A stretch of DNA of 64,000 bases from Blepharisma stoltei ATCC 30299 (Eukaryota; Protista; Ciliophora): positions 62,001 through 126,000 of the forward strand of contig CBFDEM010000044.1 in the NCBI GenBank assembly GCA_965603825.1, written 5' to 3'. The notes under the pieces are model-generated. The model searched no databases and was not told the origin of the DNA. It saw only the letters and a program-made list of their open reading frames with translations. Of this stretch, positions 1 to 12,852 are shown one piece after another; the first letter of the stretch is position 1; every line of letters begins with the position of its first letter. The translations under genes and the position numbers were made by a program.

Positions 1-2
1 TA

Positions 3-3000
3 ACTGATGGAATCATTGCAGAACTCGTTGAAGGATTTTCACATTATACTGAATCTTATGAGTTAAAATCAGCTTTTTTCGTCCATGAAGAGCAATTATT
101 AGTAGGAAATAAAGCCAAAATTTCAATTAAGCCAAACCTTTATGTAAATGGAGTAAAAACGTTCCTATCTTTATTAACTGACTGCAAAGCTGTTATAGAA
201 ACAGTAGACTATGAAGGAATTTCTTCATCTAAAACTTATTCAGATTTTTCGCTTTTAGATGAGAATTCAATTATTAGCTTACAAATTCAAGTTCCACCAA
301 GGTTAAAAAACGTTATGATATCTTTTACAGGGGAGGTAGAAAATTTAACAAAAAATAAAAAAATTCCTCTTGAATCAAATTTTTCAATTGATGTGAATAC
401 TTACTTGGGCAATGATGCAATATATGGTGCTTATTTAAATCTTGGGAGTAATGGGTACCTAATAGAAATCAAAGGAAATAATGGAGAGCCCTGCTCAGAT
501 GTGCAAGTTGAAGTAATTTTAGAGCATGATGATTGGCTTAGTACCAGATCAGAAATACTTAAAACTGATGAAATGGGGAAAATATATTTAGGAAAGCTGA
601 CTGATATTACTAATTTATCTGCTAAGGTGAAGTTTCCAGAAAATGAACAAAATTTTAGCTGATATCTTGGTTTTTTTAAAAAAGCAATCCAATATCCAAG
701 CATAATAAATTTATGTGAGGGGGATGAATTTGGAATTCCTGTGGATTTTACTATAGTTAACAGTAAAGAGATAACTTTGGTATTGGCTCATGATTCAACA
801 ATAATTGATATTTTTAATCACAATTTGCAACTTGATTACGAAAATTCAGTAATTTGGCTTAAGAACATGACAGAAGGGACTTACGAATTGAAAATAAATT
901 CATATACAATTAGTGTCCATGTGAGCCAGGGGATACATTGGGATAACAATCAATTTATTTTGTCAGAAAATTTAGTTATTCCGACTTATAACCAATATAA
1001 AACTTTAAAAATTAGCTCAACCTCTTTTGAAGAAAATAAGCTGAAAATAAAACTTGGAGGAGACACTGAAAATGCTTCAATTCATGCTCTTTTTTTCAAT
1101 TATTTATCAGAAAGTTTAATTCAACAATTAACTCAATTTATCTCTTTATATGAATTGCCATCTAGGCATTATCAAAATTTTTCTCAAGAAAAATCATACT
1201 ATATGCAAAGCAGAAAATTAGACGAAGAATATCAATATATCCTTGAGAGAAAATATCAGCCAAGATTTGTAGGGAATACTTTGCAAAAGCCACAATTGTT
1301 ATGTAAAAGAAATTTTATAGAAGATACTGTGACAGAAACTCAAAGAGCTGAAAAAGGCGAAAAGCTAAAGCATGCAAAACTTGGTACCTATATGCATAAC
1401 TCAAAAAGGAATTTAAATTCATGTGCATGTTCAGGAGGTAATTATGATAATTTTGGTCAAAATCTTGATTTTCTTGAGCATCCTGCTATTTGGGTATTTG
1501 ATGTTGATATCAATGAGGGTACAGCAGAAATCTTACTTGATAACTTTAACTATAGCCAAATTTGTGTTATTGCTACAAATGGAGAAGGGCTCTCATATGA
1601 AGTTTGCAGTGTCCCTAATCCTACCATTGGACTGAAAGATATGAGGCTGCAACAGTCTCTTGATTCTTCTAAGTGCATTTCAGAAAAAATTCAAAGCAAA
1701 GCAGTTTTAATTGGTGAGTCATTTAAAATCAATGACATCAATAGTACGAGCTATGAGATTATAGACTCCATAGAGAAACTATATAGGATTCAAAAAGAGC
1801 TTATTAAGCTGAATAAAAGCTTAATCAGCTATGAGAGCTGGGATTTTCTAGGAAAATGGGAAAGTTTATCATATGAAAAAAAGCTTGAAGTTTATGACAA
1901 ATTTGTTTCTCATGAGCTTAATATATTTATATATAAAAAGGACCCGAACTTTTTTAAAGAAATAATTGAACCTCATCTTAAATGCAAAATGGAAAAAGAT
2001 TTTGTAGATATGTATTTGCTATCTGAGCCTCTAGATTATTATCTTAGCTTATCTAATCTTGCAAAATTAAATACTTTAGAAAAAATTTTACTTATAGACA
2101 GAATTTCTGAAAATAACCCTGATTTTGCCCTTAGCCTAGCAAGATTATTAAAAGATGAAGCTGATTCAATCTCTATTAGCCAACAATTAAAACACAAACA
2201 AAAAGAGCTAGTCTTAAGATTTAATTTATCTGATGATTTGATGAAGCAATGTGAAAGCCCTCAGCCTGACGAAAGCGAATTAGATGAAGAATTAGAAATT
2301 CAAGAAAGACGTAATGAATTTCAAAATAAATTTAACCTCCTCAGCAGAATGCTAATTAAAAGTGATGGAAGCTCTGATAGAGAAAATGATGAAAAAGAAT
2401 GTAAAAAAACAAAATCCCGGAAAAAAGGTATGAAATTATTTGGCAATCAGAAACAAAAAGAAGAAAAAGATGATAAAAAAATCCCAGTGTATTACCAAAA
2501 GCTTGATGCCACAAAGGAATTTTGTGAAACTTTTTATTTTGGGGTTACAAATAACGCTGGAAATAAAAATTTGGTGCCTAATAATTTATTTTGGTCAGAA
2601 TTAGCTAATTTAATTGCGAATAAAGAAAGTTCACTAGTACTATCTGAAGAAATTTTAGGAGCGACATCAAGCTTAACAGAATTGATTTGCGCTTTAGCTT
2701 TTACAGACCTTCCTTTAGTCCCCAAAAATATTAATTATCTGCTTGAAAAGAATTCAATTACTTATACTGCCAATAGCAATTTTCTTATTTTTTATAAAGA
2801 ACTCTATGAAGCTGAATCAGAAATAAACAATAAAATTTTAATTTCCCAGCATTATTTTGATGCCCAAAACAAAGAGAAAAATATAAACCAATTTATCAAA
2901 CAAAAAATATATGGTTGCAAAGTTGTTTTAACTAATTCTTCAGGATCAAAATTAAATGTCAATCTTTTAGCTGAAATCCCTCAAGGAAGTATCCCAGTTG

Positions 3001-4520
3001 GAAACACAAAATATATCCAAAACCCGATTTTATCATTAGAGAGCTATCATACACAAAATTTTGAATACCTTTTTTATTTTCCGGAATCTGGAAATTTTAC
3101 TCATTTTCCAGCCAATGTTTCTCATAATGGCAAAGTGATAGCAAAAACTGAGCCTAAGGTTATGAATGTAGATTGCGTCATAAGGACTGATAAACTTGAA
3201 AATTTCGATGATTTAGTACTAAGTGGGAGAAAGGATTTGATTTTAGAATTTTTAAATATAGAAAATTTATATAGTGAAGAGAAAGGATTTAATGCCTTAA
3301 AAATCTGCTGAATGATGAAGGATTTTGATTTTTGGAAAAAGACAGTAGAAATACTGAAGAGAAGGAATATTTATGTAAGAGAAATTTGGAGTTTTAGTGT
3401 TTTTCATCATTATTTGGAGGTGTTTAAAGAACTTATTTCTCTTGAAAAAGAGGTATTAGCCATACTTGGCAATTTCTTTGAGTCACCAACTATATCAACA
3501 GGAATAAATAGATATAGACATGTTGAATTTGATCCAATTGTTAATGCAAGAGTCCATAAACTGAGAAATCAACCAAAAATCACAAACACTCACTTCAAAG
3601 AAATATATAAAAATTTTTTACAATTTTTATCAGAAAAACCTAGTCTTGATATAAAAGATAAATTAGCTTTTGTCCAATATTTGATATACCAAGACCGCTA
3701 TGAAGAAGCAATAGAGATTTATCGGACAATACCATTAGAACCATCTATAAATGCTCCAGGTCAGACTTATCTTCAAATACAGTATGACTATTTAACATGC
3801 TATCTTGATATTAATAAGGCTTTATCCATTGCCTCTTTATATAAAAATTACCCAATAAATACATGAAAAAATCTTTTTTCTGATGTTACTGATCTTCTAC
3901 AAGAAATAAGCGTTCAAGATACTACTAAGGAAGCGAAATCAGTGGATATTGAGCCATCTCTAATGTTTTCTATAGAAAAAGGCATCGTAATGCTTTACTA
4001 TCAATTTGTTAGCAGCTGCAAAATAAAAATTTATAATATTGATCTAGAAATTTTGTTTTCAAAAAATCCGTTTTTAATTGGAAATACTCAAGATTTTACC
4101 TTTGTTAAGCCAAATTTCGAAATTCCTATTAATTTGCCTAAAGAAGGAGAATATCACTATAGCATTCCTGATGAATTTTTTAAAGAAAATATTATGCTGG
4201 AAATTGACTATGGGGCTTATACAGTATCAAAATCATATTTTGCAGCAAGACTAAAAATGAATCTAATAGAAAGGTACGGGATCATTAAAGTCATGGATAT
4301 GAATTTGATGCCAAAAGCTGCATCTTATGTGAAAACTTTCGTTAAAAGAAAAAATGGGCGTGTGGAATTTTATAAAGATGGGTATACTGATATTAGAGGA
4401 AATTTTGATTATGCTTCATTAAATAGTGATACTTTATCTTCTATTCAAAGATTCTCAATATTGGTTGTTGACGATGAACTTGGTTCTATAGTTCAAGAAG
4501 CAAATCCTCCAGCACAGTAA
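3..4520 (+). CDS. Large uncharacterised protein, 5'-truncated by the window (>1500 aa); resembles 'fragmin-60-annotated' / alpha-2-macroglobulin-like proteins
   Basis: One frame is open from position 3 to TAA at 4518-4520 if TGA (660, 3309, 3864) is Trp; this joins ORFs 315, 741, 3312 and 3942. C-terminal motif YVKTFVKRKNGRVEFYKDGYTDIRGNFDYASL...EANPP and the EIPQGSIPV...YFPESGNFTHFPANV block. Family similarity is from recollection. Confidence 0.8.
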
Positions 4521-4650
4521 TAATTAGCAGATTAATTAGATTTTATTAAATGATAGAATTATTATAATGCTATAATAAATAGTAACATAATCTCAGATAG
4601 CTTGATATTTATATCTTTAAGCCATTTTGTTAAAAAATCAGAAAATTAAG

Positions 4651-6102
4651 ATGCTTGGATTAATTTTTCGCAATTTTGTGAGAAAAACATCTAAGGCAAT
4701 TCCCAAGCAAACTCCTAAACCTCCAACCACAAACAAATTGGAGTTCCCAGAAGACTTTAAAAAACTAGGTCTAAAGAAAAAAGAAGTCGACCCTGAAGTC
4801 GCCGATATTTATAATCGCTTAAAAGCTAAAGGTGCAGACAAGCTCGTAGACAAAATCATTGACCAAAAAATAAAGGATGGCGAAGAAGACGAACTATTCA
4901 GCCAAGTTTTTCAAACAGATATCGGTGAAGAAAGAAAATTACACAATCCTAAGCCAGACTTTCCTGCAGAAAATCGTCAAGAACTAATGAGCTACGAAGA
5001 AATGGAAAAATACGAACGAAATTTCCCAGTTGAGCTTAAAGAAAAAGCAGAGAAGCTTCTTGAGCAAAAAGTACTCGAAAGCAAATTGATGGAAAATTTC
5101 AAAAAAACAGTAAGTGAGGATATTGATAAAGCGACTGGGAGAGTTGACAACAGAAGAGAGCTAGAAAAACATGAGGAATTTGATGACCCATTTCCATTGG
5201 ATGAAAAAGAAAAACATTCATATTGGGATGAAATGATGGAAGATCTTGATCCTGGACTCAAAAAACATTTTGCACAAAAATCTTTAAATGATAAAAAAAT
5301 GCTGGTTAAACATTTACAACAACTGTAAGGCTTATTTAGGGATAAAATTCAGCTAAAAAGGCAAATCCGAGATCTTTACAAAAAATTTAAAATTGAGACG
5401 CGCGATGAAAACGAACCTAAAAAAGTGGATATTTATATTGAATCAGCCCAAAGAAATGTAAAAAGATGGCTTGAAAAAATTTTAAACACCGACAAAAGAG
5501 TTTTCACTGGCGAAGTTTTCCAAAATGGCTTTATAGAAGTCTTCAAAGTCAATCTAAGCCCCAGCATGTCAGTCTGCACAATATTTTTTGACATGTTTTT
5601 CCCTTCAATATCTAATAGAGTAGACGATCCAAAAAGAAAAGAGGCTATTGAAACAGTCAGAAGAAAACTAATCCATTCTTCCCCTTATTTAAGGTCAAAA
5701 TTAACTAATTGTGTAGGACTGAAATATGCTCCAGAGCTAAGGTGAATTCCTTGGACTATTGGTGCAGACCAAAGTCAAATTTTGGTAATTTTTATATAGA
5801 ATGGGGTGCCTGATGAAGAAACTATCAATAGGAATTTGCTGACTGCAAAAGGTGAGGAATTAAAATTAATTACAGAGCCAAAACTGCCAGGCAGAAATGC
5901 AGTCAAAAATGCTAAAAAAAGGATGAAAAAAACTGAGGAGGAAGAAAAAGATTTAGACCAGCTTAGAACAGAGAAGTATAAAGAGAAAATTAAAAAAGAA
6001 AAAGAAAAAGAAAAAGAAAAAGAGAAGGGAGGAAAAAAACACACAAAGCCATTCTGGATTGAAAAGCGGGATAAAGAAAAAAAGAATATAAGATATAAGT
6101 AA
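4651..6102 (+). CDS. RBFA: Mitochondrial ribosome-binding factor A (RbfA-domain) protein, ~473 aa, 2 introns
   Basis: Basic, presequence-like N-terminus MLGLIFRNFVRK. RbfA-like motif VNLSPSMSVCTIFF...SPYLRSKLTNCVGLKYAPELR[W]. The ORFs join after removing introns 5325-5339 and 5785-5799 and reading TGA 5743 as Trp. Confidence 0.7.
5325..5339 (+). other. 15-nt spliceosomal intron
   Basis: gtaaggcttatttag; removal deletes the in-frame TAA and restores the ORF. Confidence 0.9.
5785..5799 (+). other. 15-nt spliceosomal intron
   Basis: gtaatttttatatag; removal deletes the in-frame TAG. Confidence 0.9.
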
Positions 6103-6214
6103 ATATGGTTTCATCTTAAATTTTTATTTTTCACAAATATTGTTTTATTCCAAATCCATCGCCAAACGCCAAAAAAAAACAAATCCAACCATTTTATATA
6201 ATAAAAAGCTGAAA

Positions 6215-7855
6215 ATGGATCAATCATCAGATGTTGAAGTTGAGTCTGAAGAAGAGGCCGTATCTGGAGAAGAAGAGGTCGAATCCGGAGAAGAAGTAGG
6301 ATCTGAAGAAGTTGGATCTGAAGAGCAAGAAGAGGAAGAACAAGAAGAAGAGGAACAAGAGGAAGAAGAACAAGAAGAAGAGGAACAAGAGGAAGAAGAA
6401 CAAGAAGAAGAGGAGCAAGAGGAAGAAGAACAAGAAGAGGAAGAAGAACAAGAAGAGGAAGCAGAGCAGGAAGAGCAAGAAGAACAAGAAGAGGAAGAGC
6501 AAGAAGAACAAGAAGAAGAGGAACAAGAAGAGGAAGAAGGAGAAGAGGCAGAGGGTGAAGAAGAAGCTGAACCTGAAGTCAATTCTAGCGCTGAGGCTGA
6601 GCAAGAAGATGACCTAGAAGCCTTAAAACTCGAACACGACGAATTAGAAGCCAAACTTGAAGACCTGCGAAACCACCCTCGACTTTCTGCCGCTCCACCC
6701 CAGCCAGCAAATTTTCAAAATTTCGACAAAGAAATCGAAGCTTGCCAAGTAAAAATTTCTGAGCTCAACCAACAAATAGTCAAAGAAAAGGCTGAATACC
6801 GCAAACTCCTCGTAGAAAAAGAATACATCCAAAGTACCATAACTGAAGAGTAATTTTTATTTAGCAAATCTGAGTTTTCTCAGTTAACCAGAAGAATCAA
6901 CGAGCTTTCAGCTGAAAACCAAAGACTAATTGAGCAAAAAATGAACTCAGACAAAGAAGAAGCCCAGCAGTCGTTAGAATTAATGAAAAATAAAAACCCA
7001 AAGCTGTTTTTCTTGATGACCAAAACAATGCAGGCTGAAGAAAACAACCAGAATTTGAAAATTGCAATGGCTGAGCTGACAAGGACCAGAAATGATATAA
7101 GAATGGAGTATTATGATATTACCTCAAAGCTTACTTATGAAGACCAACTGAAGTCAGGCCAAAGATCAATGGAACAGAATATAGAAGAATATGAAAAGAA
7201 AAATAAAGAGCTGGAAGGAAAACTGAACCAGAGAAAAGTCCAATTAAAAGACTTTGAAAGACTTAAAGACAGGCCACATGTAAAAAAATATTTAAGAAGA
7301 TTCCAGACCTTGGAAAAAGAACACCAGTATTTCCAAGAAAAAATCAGAGGAATTTATGATGATTTTGACGAGTGTGAGCTAAAAATGCTTGAGAAAACCA
7401 AAGGCTTGACTAAAATGTCTGAGACAGAAATGTGCAAGAGATTAAGGGAAGAAATAAGATCAATGGAATCTCAAATTATTCAATTGACTAAAGAGGATAA
7501 AGAAAAGGAAAGAACACTTAAGGAATTGAAATTTAATTATGAAGAAATTGGGAAGCAAGTTACTGTCTTTAGCAGATGTGTGACACCTATGAGTTTATCT
7601 CAGCCAGAACAAACTCCAGCAGCTGTTAAAGAAAAGGAACCTAAGTCTCCTAAAAGAAAAAAGGTTAGTGAAGAGCAAAAACGGCAAAAATTAGTCCTTT
7701 TGATTGAAAAAGAACTACAAGGCGGACAGCCAGATAAAATATTGAAAGAACTTAAAACAATTGGTAAACCCAATCAAGGTGTAGCAAGCAAAATTGTGGA
7801 AATTAACAGAGGTGAGTTTTTATCTCAATATAAGCCAGCACCATCATTAGGCTAA
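6215..7855 (+). CDS. Hypothetical coiled-coil protein with a very acidic N-terminal Glu tract, ~541 aa, 1 intron
   Basis: ORFs 6140 and 6941 join across intron 6850-6864; ATG at 6215; (EEEEQ)n tract followed by heptad-rich helices. Confidence 0.8.
6320..6535 (+). repeat. Coding tandem repeat with a ~15-nt unit (CAAGA(A/G)GA(A/G)GA(A/G)GAA = QEEEE)
   Basis: Near-pure purine repeats, directly visible; they produce shadow ORFs in other frames. Confidence 0.9.
6850..6864 (+). other. 15-nt spliceosomal intron
   Basis: gtaatttttatttag; contains the in-frame TAA. Confidence 0.9.
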
Positions 7856-7871
7856 AAATAAAATTAAATTA

Positions 7872-9503
7872 TTAAAGCTCGGTCTGTCTCATATGATAAG
7901 TAGCTCTATCCAGCTCAGCCCCTCCGAAATCATATAGCCTTCTTGCATAGTTCGCTGCTTCTTCATGCATATTTTTAGATAAATAATACTGCTTTAAAAA
8001 CATGATAGCTTCAATCGTCTCTTCTCCTGTATCATTTTCTTGGTCTTTTCTCGCTAAACTTTCAGAAAAACATTTTGCGGCTTTTTCAGTCATATTTAGT
8101 CTATTATATAGTCTGGCAAGTCTATGTAAAACGACTCCTTCTCTGTCTTTTAGCCTTTCAGCTTTTTCATAGCATTTAGTAGACTCATTAGTTTTCCCCA
8201 TTTTTTCATAGCAAGTCCCAAGAGCTACCCAAAGTCTTGAATCTTGTGGTCGGGTCAAAATAGCTTTATAGTAATAATAAATAGCATACAAGTTCATATC
8301 AGACACTTCATAAGTTTCCGCTAATCCATATCAAGCTCTATAGTCTTTAGAATCAAGTTCTATTGCAGTCCTGTAGCTTTCGATAGCTTTGGTAACATTC
8401 TGCATTTCTAAGTACTCATGGCCCATTAAAATTCATGCAGGCAGGTAATTCTTATCTAACTGAGTTGCTCGCTTAAAATACACCATAGCTCTTGTATGAT
8501 CATTTTTCAAACTATAATAATTCCCCAACACAAAGCACGTCTCAGGCCTATATTTATCATTTTGATACATCCTATAAGCTAAATAACTTAACTTCCCCGC
8601 TTCTTCTCTTACATAAAGAATATTCGAATAGACGTCCATAAACTCATAACGGTATGGGTCTACTTCTTCTACCTGCTCAAACCAGCTGATAGCATTCGTA
8701 TAATCGTCCATTAAGAAAAACAAATTCCCAATTTGTGCATATAAAAAAGATGAGCTTGGAAAATACTTTTCAGCCAAAACAGCGAACATGTCGATACTCT
8801 CTTCACTTCTCTGCATTTTGTGGTAAAACTGCGCAATAAAAAAATTCTTCATCCAGTGGTTTTGAATCAGGCTTAAACTTTGGATGTCACAAATGTCTGA
8901 TAATTCTTGCCAAGCTGACCAATTCACTGGGAACTCATTGAGACTTTTTATAAATAGCTGCTTGGCAGTCTCCAAATCTCCTCTTTGTTTTTTTACGACT
9001 CCTAATAAGTAGCTAGTCATTGCATCAATTGGCTTCAGCTGTGTTTCTATTGTATAAAGCTGCCGGTTTTCGACGTCTTTGCCTTCTTCTATTGATTCTT
9101 CTTCTTTTCTAAACTCTCCGTACATATAAAGTGCGTAATTATAGAGGAAAAAGGCTTGAGGAAACTCAGGTTTTGCAAATTCGGTAAGGACTGAGGCAGA
9201 TTTTAAATATTCTTTTAAGTCAAAGAGAACACGGCCAAGCTGCAAGTTGTCGTAAGAAGCGTCAATTGGGTCTTGGTAGGGCGCTTGTGGAGGAAATTGG
9301 ACAAGATTGCCTAATAAAAGTTCTCCGGCCCATTTGGCTGCTTGGTGCAATCTGTAGGAGGTAAGCAAGGATATAGCATATCGTAGTTCTTGACGAGCAA
9401 CTGTCATATCAGCAATAGGAATAGCAGGCTCGGTGATTTTATTGAATGGGCTTGCCTCTGTTTCTGTCCCGCCAACTTTTGGTTTCTCATGTGCCATAGA
9501 CAT
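7872..9503 (-). CDS. CDC23: Anaphase-promoting complex subunit 8 (CDC23), TPR protein, ~543 aa
   Basis: Motifs [44 protein letters not shown][W][10 protein letters not shown] and DYRA[W]YGL; both bracketed conserved Trp are TGA (8433, 8331). Confidence 0.95.
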
Positions 9504-9538
9504 TTTGAAAATCCTTTATTATTTAATCCTAACCTATT

Positions 9539-12500
9539 TTAATTAACTGAAGTTATGGCTTGCCTCATTTCTGTGAAGTTTTTCGAAAAGCGGTCTCTAT
9601 TTTTCTGGTCCATACTTCTAGATACCCCATTCATTAATTTTGATAGCGATGCATTCAAGCTTTGTTGGGTCTCTAAATTGCTTGACGCTCCAGAAATCAC
9701 ATAATTTTTGATCTGCTCAAAAGAATTTTCATTAATAATAATCAGTCCTAGCAGAGGTTTACTTAACGATCACATATAATTAGAATCCTCATTTAGTACA
9801 ACTTCTAATACAGCAGTTAGCAGCTCTGAAAGGCAGCCAGGGAAGTCATTAAAAACTCTGTTGATTGCTTGTGAATCATTATTGTCTTTTTGGCTGGTTT
9901 TTATGATAAATTCGCACATATAAGTGATAGAGTTTGCGGTGGATAGGCAGTGTTTCATGTCTGAATAGAAAATACTGGAAGCTTTGACTCCTCGGAGTAA
10001 GAAAAATACAATAGCAGAAAAATAAGAAGATCTCAGCTGGGAAAATACAGTTTTTAAGTGGCTTTTGCAGATTAGCTCTAAAAATTCGTAGATTACGTCG
10101 AGAAGTTTGGAATAGGCCTAAATAAAAGATACAACTGCGTCGTCTCGAGGAATCTTTTCTATGAGTTCAAAACAGGTGCCTAGGGATTCTAAAAAGCAAG
10201 TATCGCCATATACTTCGAAAATACCGAAACTGACATATCCACCACTCATCATTTTTGCCATAATTTCCAAAATTCTTTTTAATTTTTTATAATACTCCGC
10301 TGGCGCAATATTATTTTCTAATATCGCTTTCCCATAGCTCATCAAAATATTGCTTAAATTCCTAAACAAAATAATCCCATAGGCGCACGCAATATCAAAC
10401 CTAATCCTAGAATTTCTTGAAAAAACAAGCTCTGCTAGAAAAGCTAACAAAGAATTCATGACAGAGTCGTCATAAATAAAATTTGTAGACGCTGTAAAAA
10501 TAATATCTAAATTCCCTTCATAAAACCATTCAAAGAAATCGACATAATGTCTTTGTGACTGAAAAGTAGAGCAGATTCCTTTGAGCTCTCTAAATAAATG
10601 GACTAAATTAATAGATGAAGGAGAATTTATAAGCTCTCGGATATAGGCCCCAGTCGGTCTTAAAAAGGACTCTAAAGGTTCATTTACATCTTCTATTATC
10701 CATAAATTCGAGATGGCTGCGTATACTCTTTCTTTGTATTTTGGGTTGTTGGCACAGATACCATAGCTTCTATAATTTGCCATTAAATTCTGCATCACGT
10801 CAATTTTCACTAAAATTTTATTACTGTAATATCCCTTGCATAAAATTTCGAATAATTCTAAGCTTCATTTTAAAGCTTTCCCGTCCTGATATCTTGATAA
10901 ATTTTGGATTAATTTTTCCATCACAATTTTCACTACAAATTTTACAGTGTCTTCAGGTAAAGTTTGTACAGAAGTCGTTTCTTTTGAGCTGGTTTTGTCA
11001 AAGAAAAACCATATGTTGTCATGTGGGGAGTTTATATATGATTTGGTCAGACCCATAAAAAAATATACAATTGAAGATTCCAAGCATTCTAAAGGATTCA
11101 TGTTTTCAATTTTCCCTATTAACTGGAACACCAAATTTATCATTTGGGCGTCCAAATGGTCTTCATTTTCATTTAATTTTTTCTCTCTTAGAATAATAAA
11201 TCCTGAAGCTATATAAGTAAGCCAAGCAAGCTGAGCCTCAATTTGGTCCTTATTTTGTCCTTGAGCAGCCGCTGCATCATAAAGAGATAGCGTGGCAATA
11301 AAAACGGTTTGAAGCTCCCTTATAAGGTCTGAATAAAAATAAACACAAAAGGACGTGATCTGCTCAATATGGTCTTTCAGCTCTGTTTCTGTAGAGTCGT
11401 CAAGTAAATCTGGGCTGGCATTGATAGATGTATATTGCAGAAACGCTTTAAAAAGCCCTGGGACATATAAAGCTATTTGGTTATCTGCTGACAGCTGATG
11501 ATGCTGCTCATAAGCGAGGTAGCTCCATATAAACAATGAGCTTTCGAAGCCAGAAACGACAGAAGATCTATTAGAAAAAGCGACAGCTGAATAATTAGCT
11601 AAGGCTTCTAGTCAGCTCCAAAAGGAAGCTAGAGGTGTTATATCTCTAAGAGTAAAGTTTGTAATAAAGCGCTTTGAGGTTTGGATATACTCGAATTTGC
11701 TGTCCCCGACAAGATTTTTGTTTTTTATGATTTCTTCTAACACTTTTAAGTATTTTCCTACATATGCTTGACGCTGCTCTACGTTGCCTCCGAAAATGCT
11801 TTTTCTTATAGCGCCCATATGATTGAAAGCTCGTAAGGCTAAAATTTCGGCTTGGTCTGAGCAGTTAAGTATTAGAAATTCTAAGTATTCTAAATAAGCA
11901 GGATTTTCAAAGTGAATTTTCCATGACAACGGCACTTGCAAGCTTAAAGAATCTTCATTAGACTCATCTGAACAAATTCCTAGAAAATCAAATGTCAAGC
12001 ACAAATTTAGAACTGTTAAGCTCTGTACAATCAAATTTAGTGAAATTTCTGGGACTTTTGATATAAAAATCCAACACATTCCAAAGATTTTTTCCAGTGA
12101 ATCATCTCTAAACGCGATTGCAATTTTTCTATTAGTGGAGAGCGGCCTAAATTTGATAGGCTCGACCATTTCTGTGATGATTTCTTCAAAGAATTTAAAG
12201 CCAATTTCTGCAACAAACAAGTTTTGGTTTATCATTTCTTGAATCGTTCGGACCGTTTGTGGAATAACTTCAAGCTCAAACCATCCAAGCCGACAAATTC
12301 TAGCTAACGCTTTGGCAAGACCTGCTAAGATGTAGGACGGTTTATTGGTTTGTTCAAAGTACATTTGGAAGATGTTTTGATAGAGAAGATTCTTGGAATC
12401 TATTGGAAGACGACGCCACTCTGAGATTAGCATCTTAGTGAAAATGCTAAGAGTTAAATAATTCAGCTGAAGATTTTGGGAAATACGAAGGATTGATAAA

Positions 12501-12649
12501 AGATTCTCAAAATTTTCTGAAGTTTCTAAGGCACTGTATATGGCTTGTTCAGCATTTTTTCGCTCCTGGTTAGAAATTACCTGTGCGTTGTTCGAGGTGT
12601 AAAGAAGAGAGCACCAAGATTCCAGCTGAGAAATGTATTGCTCGTTCAT
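9539..12649 (-). CDS. XPO7: Exportin-7 / RanBP16-like importin-beta family protein, ~1026 aa, 2 introns
   Basis: Motifs LARICRLGWFE, NRKIAIAFRDDSL, CLTFDFLG...LQVPLSWK, GGYVSFGIFEVYGD and M[W]SLSKPLLGLII; TGA at 11612, 10865 and 9770 read as Trp; ends TAA at 9539-9541. Confidence 0.9.
10118..10132 (-). other. 15-nt spliceosomal intron
   Basis: gtatcttttatttag on the minus strand; removal gives ...DDAV|AYSKL. Confidence 0.9.
12566..12580 (-). other. Probable 15-nt stop-less, in-frame intron
   Basis: gtaatttctaaccag fits the consensus (TA at 9-10); removal gives LYTSNNAQ|ERKNAEQ, closer to exportin-7 spacing. Confidence 0.7.
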
Positions 12650-12852
12650 TTTTGATTATTACAATTGGGGCAGAAATAGCGCTAAATTCTTAATTAATAT
12701 TAATTTATTTTTTGACCTCTTAATAGACAAAATATTAAATTACTTTCTATAGCATTTAATTGAAAATAATATCTTTCAGTCATATATAGTTTATTTTAAA
12801 CAAAATACCATTTAAGTTACTCATAAATGAATAGGAAACATAAAAATGACCA

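Noticed and set aside
6320-6535. CRISPR-like or telomeric repeat
   Set aside because: No spacers and no telomere motif; it is an in-frame coding repeat
6220-6654. Poly-Ser/Cys, Phe/Leu and Lys/Arg ORFs (6220-, 6227-, 6312+)
   Set aside because: Shadow frames of the Glu-coding purine repeat
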